This document shows, one piece after another, positions 50,059 to 58,783 of a stretch of 64,000 nucleotides of DNA; the first letter of the stretch is position 1, and every line of letters starts with the position of its first letter. Source of the stretch: an uncultured delta proteobacterium (GTDB lineage Bacteria > Desulfobacterota > Binatia > UBA9968); the NCBI GenBank assembly GCA_963816145.1, contig CAWFJP010000029.1:128001-192000 (forward strand). The letters run 5' to 3'. Below the pieces are notes generated by a model. It worked only from the letters and a program-made list of their open reading frames with translations. It did no database searches and was not told the DNA's origin. A program made the translations under genes and the position numbers.

Positions 50059-51159
50059 ATGGCAGAAGCAGTGAATCGTCCTTCCTATCAAGCGGTCGAC
50101 AGCAGGGTCGAGATCATGGATACGCCGTACGATCGCTGGATCGCGTCCCAAGGGATCGATATCGTGCGCGGTTTTTTCGTCGAGGATCTCTACACGACGC
50201 CGCTCAAATGGTGGGATCGCATCGGTGGCAACGGTGTCTGCATCATGCTCGACGGCGCCGGCTATATGGACGACGCTTATGTCATCGGCATCTCGCCCGG
50301 GAAAAGCCTCAACCCGCAGCGACATATTTACGAAGCGCTGGTCTACGTGCTGGCCGGCCGCGGCGCGACCACGGTCTGGCAGGAAAATGGCGCCAAGCAA
50401 ACCTTCGAGTGGCAAACCGGCAGCTTGTTCGCCGTGCCGCTCAACGCCTGGTATCAGCATTTCAACGGCCAGGGCGATCAGGAGGCGCGGCTGTTGTCGG
50501 TGACCACGGCGCCGCTGATTTTCAATCTTTTCCGCAACGCGGATTTCGTCACCAACTGTCCTTATTCATTCACCGAGCGGTTCAAGGGCGAGGACGGCTT
50601 CTTTACCGGCGGCGGCAAGCTCTACAGCGATCGGGTGGTCGAAACCAACTTCGTCGCCGATGTCGTCAATATCGAGCCGGTGGAGTGGAGCGAGCGCGGC
50701 AAAGGCAACGCGACGATCTTTTTCGAAATGTCCGAGAGCATGATGGGTTCTCATGTGTCGCGCTTTCCCGTCGGTCTTTACAAAAAAGCCCACCGCCATG
50801 GACCGGGCGCCCATGTCTTTATCCTGACCGGCAAGGGTTATTCATTGCTTTGGCCCGAGGGCAAGGAGATGACGCGGGTCGACTGGAAACCCGGTTCCAT
50901 CGTCGTGCCGCCGGAGGGCTGGTTCCATCAGCATTTCAACTCTGGCGCCGAACCGTCGCGCTACCTGGCGCTAAAAATCCTCAGCCGCAAATTCAAACTG
51001 CAGCCCGGCAAGATTCAATCCGACGTGCCACTGGCCTACGGCGGCTGGCAGATCGAGTACGAAGACGAAGATCCGATCATCCGCCAGACTTTCGAGGAGG
51101 AGTGCGCCAAATCGGGCGCCGAGGTGCGAATGCCGAAGTTTGCCAAAGCCGCCAATTGA
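50059..51159 (+). CDS. bicupin protein (gentisate-dioxygenase-like fold)
   Basis: QRHIYE...PLNAWYQHFN and AHRH...WFHQHFN. Confidence 0.88.
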   Translation: MAEAVNRPSYQAVDSRVEIMDTPYDRWIASQGIDIVRGFFVEDLYTTPLKWWDRIGGNGVCIMLDGAGYMDDAYVIGISPGKSLNPQRHIYEALVYVLAGRGATTVWQENGAKQTFEWQTGSLFAVPLNAWYQHFNGQGDQEARLLSVTTAPLIFNLFRNADFVTNCPYSFTERFKGEDGFFTGGGKLYSDRVVETNFVADVVNIEPVEWSERGKGNATIFFEMSESMMGSHVSRFPVGLYKKAHRHGPGAHVFILTGKGYSLLWPEGKEMTRVDWKPGSIVVPPEGWFHQHFNSGAEPSRYLALKILSRKFKLQPGKIQSDVPLAYGGWQIEYEDEDPIIRQTFEEECAKSGAEVRMPKFAKAAN

Positions 51160-51220
51160 CAAGCGTATGGGGCTTTTCTAATAATATCCTGTACATCGTT
51201 GATAAATTAAGGAGAAATTC

Positions 51221-52051
51221 ATGCTGAAACCGATCGGAATGACCGAAGGGCACTATGAGTGCCGCTCTCTCGATGAGACGCTGCCGATTTTCACCGAGTT
51301 GTTGGCTGCTGAGGTGATCGAGCGCAGCGACAAGCAGGCGGTAGTCAAGCATCCCAACACCAAGTGGCGCTTGGTGATTCACGAAGGCGGACCGGACTCG
51401 AAGAACAAGCCGCACACCAATCACTATGGCTTTCGTGTCAGCACTTCCAAGGAAATCCCGATCGCGCACCAGTATATTTCCGACCATAAGGCGCAATACA
51501 AGATCAAGAGCGTGACGCCGCCGCACGAGGCGCATTTCGCCTATTCGATTTATTTTAAAGAACCGGGCGGCAACGATCTGGAGTTGGAATACTACAATCC
51601 GGCGGCGATCAAACAGGGCCGCCGCATCGCCGCGCCGCATTGGACCACGCCGCTACCGGAAGAAAAGTTTCCCGGCAGAGGCTATGTGCCCCAGGCGATG
51701 ACCCATGGCACGCTCAATTGCGACGACAAGGAAACCAGCGATCAGTTTCTCGCCAATGTGCTCGGCCTGGATATCATCGGCGGCGGCCGCACCTCGACCT
51801 ATATCAGCGTGCCGAACATGGGGCCGTGGTACGTCGTGGTGTTACCGACGACGCACCGCGATTATCTGTCCGAGGCTAACCGTTTCACCCTGCAAGTGGC
51901 CAGCCCCGAAGAAGTCGAAGTCGCGCACAAAGAATTCTCGAAAAACGGCAAACAGTTGGGCATCCACGATGTCCGCGAATTGAAGACCAATGGACGGGCG
52001 CATTTTCTCCTGAGCGATATCAGCAAGAACTGGTGGGAGATTACCTCGTAG
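51221..52051 (+). CDS. VOC family protein
   Basis: NHYGFRV, IYFKEPGGNDLELE, second domain ending KNWWEIT. Confidence 0.85.
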   Translation: MLKPIGMTEGHYECRSLDETLPIFTELLAAEVIERSDKQAVVKHPNTKWRLVIHEGGPDSKNKPHTNHYGFRVSTSKEIPIAHQYISDHKAQYKIKSVTPPHEAHFAYSIYFKEPGGNDLELEYYNPAAIKQGRRIAAPHWTTPLPEEKFPGRGYVPQAMTHGTLNCDDKETSDQFLANVLGLDIIGGGRTSTYISVPNMGPWYVVVLPTTHRDYLSEANRFTLQVASPEEVEVAHKEFSKNGKQLGIHDVRELKTNGRAHFLLSDISKNWWEITS

Positions 52052-52074
52052 GACTTGCGTCGGCACTGAATTAG

Positions 52075-52115
52075 ACGCCGCTGACAGCGCTGCTGTTAGC
52101 GGCGTTTTTGTTTTT
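52075..52115 (+). terminator. intrinsic terminator
   Basis: 14-bp stem ACGCCGCTGACAGC / GCTGTTAGCGGCGT plus T tract. Confidence 0.8.
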
Positions 52116-52151
52116 GTCCTGGTGGGAGACGGTCCGCTCAGGCTTGTCCTG

Positions 52152-52286
52152 CGTAGTCGTTCACTTAGACCGAGATCTCTCACTTCGTTCGAGATGACAA
52201 ATCGATTATTCTGCTGTCATTTCGAGCGAAGCGAGAAATCTGTCTTAGGATGAAGACCTGTGCTCGACTCAAACGGAACCACTACC
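52152..52286. mobile_element. 135-bp MITE, inverted sister of 49859..49993
   Basis: Same REP cargo in reverse orientation; flanks TTGTCCTG / TTGTCTTG. Confidence 0.8.
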
Positions 52287-52344
52287 TTGTCTTGACAGTC
52301 GTTCATGCGAACGGTTATAGGGGCGAACAGACACGGAGGTTTTC

Positions 52345-53388
52345 ATGTACAACGGACCGGTGATCGATGCCGACGGGCATGTGTTGGAGAAAGAAAAGTA
52401 TATCCGCAAATATCTCGAAAAGCCGTGGGATAAGCGCTCGACTGCGCTGCGCACGCGCGATCAACCTTGGGACGCCAATTTGTTCGATAGTTTCGAGATG
52501 GCTGTGCGTTGGGAAGATTTATCGCCCAAGGAGCAGATCGACGAGTGGCATGCGGTTATGGATCGCGAGGGCATGGAGTACGCGATCTGTTTCCCCACCG
52601 GCTCGGGCAATGTCTCGAAGCTCCAAGAGTTGGATTTCGCCCTGGCGATCGCGCGCGCTTCGAACACGCAGTTCGCCAAGGAGTTCAACGCCCACTCCAA
52701 TAGGGTCAGCTGCGTCGGCGTGTTGCCGCTGCGCGATCCCAAAGCGGCGGTCGAGGAAATGCGCCGCGCGGTAAACGAATTGGGCCTGAAGGGTTTCGAG
52801 ATTCTGCCGATGGGCTTGCCGTTGGCCCTGGGCAGTACGTTTTACGATCCGGTCTACGCCGAGGCGGAAAAGCTAGGCGCGGTGATCGGTATTCACGGTT
52901 CGCGGAGTAATTCCCACGAACTGGGAGCGGACAAATTGTCGACCTTTGCCGAGGTCCATTCGTATGCATTTACCGTGGGGCTGCTGTTGCAGTTTACCCA
53001 TGTGGTCGGACAGGGAGTACCGATCCGTTTCCCCAATTTGAAACTGGCTTTTTTGGAAATCGGCGCCACCTGGCTGCCGTACTATTTGGACCGTCTCGAC
53101 GAGCACTGGGAAAAGCGCGCCAAGCACGAAATGCCGCTGCTCAAAGAAAAACCCAGCGATGTCGTGCGCAAGTCGAAGATGTGGTTCAGTCTCGAATCCG
53201 GCGAGTCGCTGTTGCCTGAGGCGATCAACTATCTCGGCGCGGAACATTTTCTTTATGCCTCGGATATTCCGCATTGGGATAGTGAGTTTCCCAGTAACTT
53301 ACATGCGTTGCGCAATCATCCGCGCATCAGCGACACCGACAAGGAAAAGATTCTTTATAGCAATGGCAAGCAGCTTTTCAATTTGTAG
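52345..53388 (+). CDS. amidohydrolase_2 family protein
   Basis: IDADGH, IH, FLEIG, YASDIPH. Confidence 0.93.
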   Translation: MYNGPVIDADGHVLEKEKYIRKYLEKPWDKRSTALRTRDQPWDANLFDSFEMAVRWEDLSPKEQIDEWHAVMDREGMEYAICFPTGSGNVSKLQELDFALAIARASNTQFAKEFNAHSNRVSCVGVLPLRDPKAAVEEMRRAVNELGLKGFEILPMGLPLALGSTFYDPVYAEAEKLGAVIGIHGSRSNSHELGADKLSTFAEVHSYAFTVGLLLQFTHVVGQGVPIRFPNLKLAFLEIGATWLPYYLDRLDEHWEKRAKHEMPLLKEKPSDVVRKSKMWFSLESGESLLPEAINYLGAEHFLYASDIPHWDSEFPSNLHALRNHPRISDTDKEKILYSNGKQLFNL

Positions 53389-53414
53389 GGCTTTGCCAGA
53401 ATCGGCAGGTAGAG

Positions 53415-54407
53415 ATGAAACTTCGCTTTGCTCTCATTGCGGTCAGCTTAATCGCTGGCGCCGGGCTTACCGGCAGCCTCTGGGCCGCCGATAAGCTGGT
53501 GGCGCTTTATTCCGCTCACGCGGTGCCTTATTCGATGCCCTGGGTTGCCGAGGAGCTGGGATTATTCAAGAAGCAAGATATCGATTTCGACTTTGTCTAC
53601 ATTCCTTCGTCGTCAACGGCAACCGCGGCGATACTTGGCGGTAACGTCGAAATTGGGCTCTTGGGCGGCGTCGGTGTCGTCAACGCTTTCGTCAGTGGCG
53701 CGTCGGACTTGGCGTTCATCGGCAGTATCAAGAACATCATGACGCAGAGCATCTTGGCCAAGCCTGACATAACCCGGCTTGAACAGTTGCGCGGCAAGCG
53801 CATCGGCGTCACGCGCATCGGCAGTAATACCCACTACTTCACAGTCCAAGCGTTTCGCCGCGCGGGGATGAACACCGATAAGGATATCACGTTCATCCAG
53901 ACCGGTGGCGAGGCCGAGACTGTCGGCGCGCTGATGTCAGGACGCATCGATGCCGCGACGCTATTGCCACCGAGCGACGGCAGGGCGCTGGCACTGGGAT
54001 TTCGCTATGTGGTCTTCGGTCCGGACATCGATATCCCTTACGCGGCGTCTACCATCGCGACGCGGCGCTCGCTGATGGCCAAGCGCGGGCCGGCGATGGG
54101 CCGTTTCATGCGCGCCATGGCTGAGGCGTCGCGAGCGATGCATCGGGATAAAGAGCTGGTCTTTCGGGTCATGGAGAAAAAGCTGCGAATCAACGATCGC
54201 GCGGTGTTGGAAGCCAGTTACGCCATTGAAATGAAAGTCATGGAGCCGCGGCTGGCTCTCAAAGCGCCGGCGCTCCAGCCAATGCTCGAAGAGGTCGCCC
54301 GCACCAACCCGAGGGCGAATGAGATCAAGCCCCAGGACATGATGGATCGGCGGTATTTGGCGGAGATGGAAAGCAGCGGCTTCTTCAGCCAGCTGTGGGG
54401 CAAATAG
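53415..54407 (+). CDS. ABC substrate-binding protein (NMT1/SsuA-like)
   Basis: Signal peptide; QLRGKRIGVTRIGS. Confidence 0.92.
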   Translation: MKLRFALIAVSLIAGAGLTGSLWAADKLVALYSAHAVPYSMPWVAEELGLFKKQDIDFDFVYIPSSSTATAAILGGNVEIGLLGGVGVVNAFVSGASDLAFIGSIKNIMTQSILAKPDITRLEQLRGKRIGVTRIGSNTHYFTVQAFRRAGMNTDKDITFIQTGGEAETVGALMSGRIDAATLLPPSDGRALALGFRYVVFGPDIDIPYAASTIATRRSLMAKRGPAMGRFMRAMAEASRAMHRDKELVFRVMEKKLRINDRAVLEASYAIEMKVMEPRLALKAPALQPMLEEVARTNPRANEIKPQDMMDRRYLAEMESSGFFSQLWGK

Positions 54408-54430
54408 TTCAACGAGAACTTGTTGTCCTC

Positions 54431-54901
54431 AACCACGAAGTGGTCATGAGCTTACGCTCGTCTACAGAGTTTGAAATTGCAACCATCCCACCACACCATA
54501 GTTTTTCCCTTGATTCGTCATGCCGGCGAAGGCCGGCATCCAGGGGGCGGGAGGGGATGGATACCGGCTTTCGCCGGTATGACAGAAACCTCGTGCCAAT
54601 TCGTCGCCCGGATCATACTTGCACATGTATTTTCTAATGAGGATACGAAGAGCACGAAGTTCGGAAATTCGGTCATGCGAAACCTTCAGGTCCTTCGTTC
54701 TGCCATCCGTGATAGTTTGCGCGGTGTGGGCAAATTGCCCGGGAGCCGAAGCCACTCGGATTAAGATATTCCTCGCGCCAAGGGCGCCAAGATCGCAGAG
54801 TTATCTATTTTTATTCTGTTCCTTGGCGGTCTGAGCGTGCTTTGCGCGAGATCTTCCGAATTTTGGTTGCAGCTCCGGCGCGGTGCGATCTTCGTGGTGA
54901 A
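54431..54901. mobile_element. nested repeat composite: triad shell with two insertions
   Basis: Outer AACCACGAAG ... CTTCGTGGTGAA; insert 54441-54641; a second insert ~54698-54886 carries its own triad pair at 54772-54850. Confidence 0.75.
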
Positions 54902-54945
54902 CACCGAGCTTCCTATTTTAGAATTGCCGCGATTCGCCACTGCGT

Positions 54946-55914
54946 TCAGCGTAGTTTGAGTTCCTTTTGCACTTCGCGCAGCAGAGTGAAGTCGCGCACT
55001 TGATCGAGGGATGCAGGCCGTGGCAGGCCGACGGTTTGGACGCGGCTGTCGATGAGCGCTTGCCAGGTGGCGTCGTTGGTGCCGCCGTCCTGGCTGTAAC
55101 CGGCGACAATCAGGTCGTAGGAGCGCGCTGCGATATCCGGTTTCTGACTGAGCCACTGCGCCATGATGGCGATGGTTTCATCGCGCCGCTCGCGCACGAA
55201 GCGCAGGCCGCGGATCATCGCGCGTACTACTTTCTTAACCTCGGCGCGTTTCTCGGCGAGCCGTTGGTTGGTTGCCGTCAAACCGTTGGTGGGAACGCCG
55301 AGTTTTACATCGTTAGGGCCGGCGATAATCCGGTAGCCATCTTTTTCCAGTAGCACCGGACCCGGCGGCAGCAAGCAGACCGCGTCGACCAAGCCGCTGG
55401 TCAACACACTCATACGCACCGGCAGGTCGCCGCTTATGGTGATGAACTGGACGTCTTTCAAGTCGACGCCCTTGGCCTCGAGAATCGATTCGGCCATGAC
55501 GCGGTCGGACAAGCCGCGCTGTTGGGCGCCAATTTTTTTGCCACGGAGCTCGGCGACGCTTTTAATCCCTGGCCGGGCGATGATGTAGTAGGGCGATTTC
55601 TCGGTTATCACCGCGAGCATCTTGGCCGGCATACCCTGCATGATGGCGTTTAAAATACTGCCGAAGGTCGTGGTGTAATGAATCTCGGCGTTCATCAATG
55701 CCGGCGCCGCAATGGGCGGGCGCATCTGCACCATGACCGGTTCGAGACCCTCGTCTTTGAAAAACCCTTTGGCCACCGCGACGTGGCCGGGAAGAAATGA
55801 GAAGTCCCGGCTCGAGTAAGAGATGATGACTTTCTCCTGCGAGTGCGCGATAGGTGAAAGGCCAGGCGCCGATATAATGGTGATGGCACTCAGCATGGCG
55901 AAGATAATTTTCAT
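54946..55914 (-). CDS. ABC substrate-binding protein (NMT1/SsuA-like)
   Basis: Signal peptide; GFFKDEGL, ELRGKKIG. Confidence 0.9.
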   Translation of the reverse strand: MKIIFAMLSAITIISAPGLSPIAHSQEKVIISYSSRDFSFLPGHVAVAKGFFKDEGLEPVMVQMRPPIAAPALMNAEIHYTTTFGSILNAIMQGMPAKMLAVITEKSPYYIIARPGIKSVAELRGKKIGAQQRGLSDRVMAESILEAKGVDLKDVQFITISGDLPVRMSVLTSGLVDAVCLLPPGPVLLEKDGYRIIAGPNDVKLGVPTNGLTATNQRLAEKRAEVKKVVRAMIRGLRFVRERRDETIAIMAQWLSQKPDIAARSYDLIVAGYSQDGGTNDATWQALIDSRVQTVGLPRPASLDQVRDFTLLREVQKELKLR

Positions 55915-55930
55915 TTCAGCGGTAATCGAC

Positions 55931-56467
55931 TCATTGGGGCGGGATATTCGCCGGTACTTTGTTGGAGATCGCTTTAACCGTGCGCAGATAGCGATAAATC
56001 GCACGAGCATCTTCTTCCTTCATATTGCCGTAGATGCTCCACTCCATCGGCGACAATGCGTATTTAACCCCGTCTGGTCGAATGCCGGTTTTAAACGTTT
56101 TGACGAATTGTTCTTCGGACCATTTGCCGATGCCCGTTTCATTGTCGGGAGTGATATTCTTTGCGTAGTAGCGCGCGCCGCGCGGCCCGGGAAAACCAGC
56201 AACTTGGCTCGGGCCAGTTGTTATCCCGGCGTATTTTGCCGGAACCCCGGAGAGAAACAGACTTTTGTCGGATTGGTTATTGGCATCGCGCGGCGTGTGG
56301 CAGCCGATGCAGTCACCCAAATGGTTCACCAAATAATTACCTCTTTCGAGATAGGTCGTTTGTTCCCAATCGCCGGGAATAGTGTCATGAGTTTTATTAA
56401 CAGCGCAGGCGGAGATCCCTAGACAAAACGCGGCCAAAAATAATATTTTTACACTCCTCGGGTTCAT
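55931..56467 (-). CDS. lipoprotein cytochrome c
   Basis: Lipobox ISAC; CIGCH; NITPD.ETGIG. Confidence 0.92.
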   Translation of the reverse strand: MNPRSVKILFLAAFCLGISACAVNKTHDTIPGDWEQTTYLERGNYLVNHLGDCIGCHTPRDANNQSDKSLFLSGVPAKYAGITTGPSQVAGFPGPRGARYYAKNITPDNETGIGKWSEEQFVKTFKTGIRPDGVKYALSPMEWSIYGNMKEEDARAIYRYLRTVKAISNKVPANIPPQ

Positions 56468-56479
56468 GGTTACCTCAAT

Positions 56480-56983
56480 CTATTTCGCATCGGCTGGCAC
56501 GCCGTCGGGCGCTTTGCTCTTGATTGGCTTGATCGTCTTTAGGTAGGTCCAAAGGGATTTCAAATCGCGGTCGGTAATTTTTTGAAACGCCTCCCAGGGC
56601 ATCTGGGCGTCGAGCACGCGGCCGTCCGGTGTCAGGCCAGTGCGCATGGCCCGGACGAAATCGGTTTCGGTCCAATTGCCGATGCCGGTTTCTCGGTCGG
56701 GAGTGATGTTGCGCGCATAGATTTTCTTCCAGCGGGGCGACGTCCAGCCGGCGTTTGCCGGCGGCCCCGCGGGCGGTGGCGGATTGGGTGCGCCGGCATA
56801 GTGCCATGCTTCGTCTTTACCACCATCGGCTTTTTCTCTGGTATGGCAGCCGCAACCCTGAATGGCGGTGGCGATGTAACGGCCGCGGGCGATCAGGTCG
56901 GTATCCGTTTGCGCTTGCGCCCGCTTAAGCGGTAATAAAATGGCGCCGATTGTAACCAGGTAAAGTATAATAGGAGGTGGCAT
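56480..56983 (-). CDS. cytochrome c-like protein with CXCH motif
   Basis: RGRYIA...QGCGCHT; NITPDRETGIG; MPW. Confidence 0.88.
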   Translation of the reverse strand: MPPPIILYLVTIGAILLPLKRAQAQTDTDLIARGRYIATAIQGCGCHTREKADGGKDEAWHYAGAPNPPPPAGPPANAGWTSPRWKKIYARNITPDRETGIGNWTETDFVRAMRTGLTPDGRVLDAQMPWEAFQKITDRDLKSLWTYLKTIKPIKSKAPDGVPADAK

Positions 56984-57054
56984 CAGTCGGCCTTTCCGTG
57001 TTCGCTAGACGGCGCTATAGCACGAGGTTAGCCACTCCTACAAACGAGAGTTCA

Positions 57055-57465
57055 ATGCGTCTGAAAAGCACCGGAAGTGATCAATTCTCGACCGGCACCA
57101 AGCGGGTGCTAGTAAGCGCTGCGTTGTTGCTATGGCTGTCCTCGATTGCCAATGCCGATCTAGAACAGGGCAAGCGGCTTTATAAGGAAAACTGCGTGCC
57201 CTGTCATGGAGAATCGGGCATGGGCGATGGTGTGGGAGCTCGGTCGCTCCCGGTGCGGCCTGCTGATCACACTAATGCTGCGGCGATGAACGGACGCAGT
57301 GACGCGTTTTTGCGCGACGTGATTACCAAGGGCGGCGGTGCAATGGGGCTGTCGTCCTTCATGCCGGCTTGGCAGGGACTTTTCAAAGACAGTGAAATTC
57401 TCGATCTCGTGAGTTACATCCGAAGTCTGGCAGCGTCGAGCAGTGGGAGCACCAGCAAACGCTGA
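57055..57465 (+). CDS. class I cytochrome c
   Basis: GKRLYKENCVPCHGESG; MPAW. Confidence 0.9.
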   Translation: MRLKSTGSDQFSTGTKRVLVSAALLLWLSSIANADLEQGKRLYKENCVPCHGESGMGDGVGARSLPVRPADHTNAAAMNGRSDAFLRDVITKGGGAMGLSSFMPAWQGLFKDSEILDLVSYIRSLAASSSGSTSKR

Positions 57466-57493
57466 ATCGAACGAAAACGATGGTCGAGTTCGG

Positions 57494-57539
57494 CTCGCAC
57501 TGCGGCCAGCTTCGATGTGAGTGTAGGCCGCAGTGCGAG
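57494..57539. terminator. hairpin between convergent genes
   Basis: CTCGCACTGCGGCC ... GGCCGCAGTGCGAG 14-bp stem. Confidence 0.6.
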
Positions 57540-57548
57540 TAGCCAAAT

Positions 57549-58691
57549 TTAACGCGCCGGCAAATCCTCGTCGATTAGATTAAACCACTTCTTGGCGTTC
57601 TCCCCCAGCACATGGCGCAGCTTGTCGTCGGTCATGCCCTTGATTTTTTTCACTTCCTTCACCGAGTCGGGGAATTCCGAATCCCAGTGGCGGTAGTCCG
57701 AGGCGTACATTACTTGGGTGATGCCGATATCGTCGAGGACATACGGCAGGATGGCTTCTTCCGGCTCGCAAGTAAAACTAACCTGGCCGCTGCGGACGAT
57801 TTCCGAGGGCTTGCGTTTGAGCAGCGGCCACTGCGGGCGCAGTTTGTAATAATGCTCGTCCATCCGTTCGGACCAGAAGGGCAGCCAACCGCAGGCGCCT
57901 TCCATGAACCCAACTTTGAGTTTGGGATAACGGTCGAAAACGCCCTCCCCGATCATATGCATGAGTGCGATCATCAGCTCGAAGGGAAACGACGTCATAT
58001 GCACGTAGCTGTATTTTTCCATGCGCTCGCTGCCGGCGCCCATGACACCCCAGACGCCATACTGGCCGTCATGCTCAGTTTGCGGATGGACCGACAGCGG
58101 AATGTTCATCTCTTGCGCCGCGGCATAGACCGGATCGAACATGCGATGGCCGAGATTGATGCCGTAGACGTTGGTCGGCAACATGGCGCTGACGACCTGG
58201 CGGTGTTGCGCGATGTATTCCAGTTCTTTCACCGCCAACTGGGGATCTTGCACGGGGATCAGGCCGACGCCTTTGAGACGCTTGGGATCGGGAGCGAGGT
58301 ATTCTTCCACCAGCCAGCGGTTGACCGCGTGACAGATCTGCGCCGCGAGCGGTTTGTCAGCCATGCCGTTGACGGAAAGCGCAATTGAGGTACCGAAGAT
58401 CACCGCGACGTCGATGCCTTCTTGGTCCATGTCCGGCAACCGTTTGATTGGATCGGTCATGCCGGGCCGGCTTCGCTCGATATGCGACGCAAAGACTTCG
58501 CCGCGGTCCCAGCCGCCGCCCCAACGGCGCCGACTGCTTAAGCGGCCTTCGATCATCAAGTGGCCATAGCCGGAACTATCGGTCACTCGATTGGGCGCCA
58601 GATGCGCGTATTCCTTGGGCATCCATTTCGCGAGTTCGTTGTCCGGTTCGTAACAGTGGCCGTCGGCATCGATGACTAAATATTCCGCCAT
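57549..58691 (-). CDS. amidohydrolase_2 family protein
   Basis: IDADGH, VHP, YASDYRH. Confidence 0.93.
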   Translation of the reverse strand: MAEYLVIDADGHCYEPDNELAKWMPKEYAHLAPNRVTDSSGYGHLMIEGRLSSRRRWGGGWDRGEVFASHIERSRPGMTDPIKRLPDMDQEGIDVAVIFGTSIALSVNGMADKPLAAQICHAVNRWLVEEYLAPDPKRLKGVGLIPVQDPQLAVKELEYIAQHRQVVSAMLPTNVYGINLGHRMFDPVYAAAQEMNIPLSVHPQTEHDGQYGVWGVMGAGSERMEKYSYVHMTSFPFELMIALMHMIGEGVFDRYPKLKVGFMEGACGWLPFWSERMDEHYYKLRPQWPLLKRKPSEIVRSGQVSFTCEPEEAILPYVLDDIGITQVMYASDYRHWDSEFPDSVKEVKKIKGMTDDKLRHVLGENAKKWFNLIDEDLPAR

Positions 58692-58783
58692 AAAATCTCC
58701 TCGTCGGTAATGCTATTTTCTTTCTACCTAGTCGGGTTGCGGTTGAATTGCAAGACAAATGAACCCGACACCGGCCCTGTTGT

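Noticed and set aside
49962-51227. 421-aa plus-strand ORF
   Set aside because: Arg-rich shadow frame of the cupin gene, starting inside a MITE.
23160-54901. Short repeats as a CRISPR array
   Set aside because: They are dispersed inverted pairs, not tandem direct repeats with regular spacers, and no cas genes are present.
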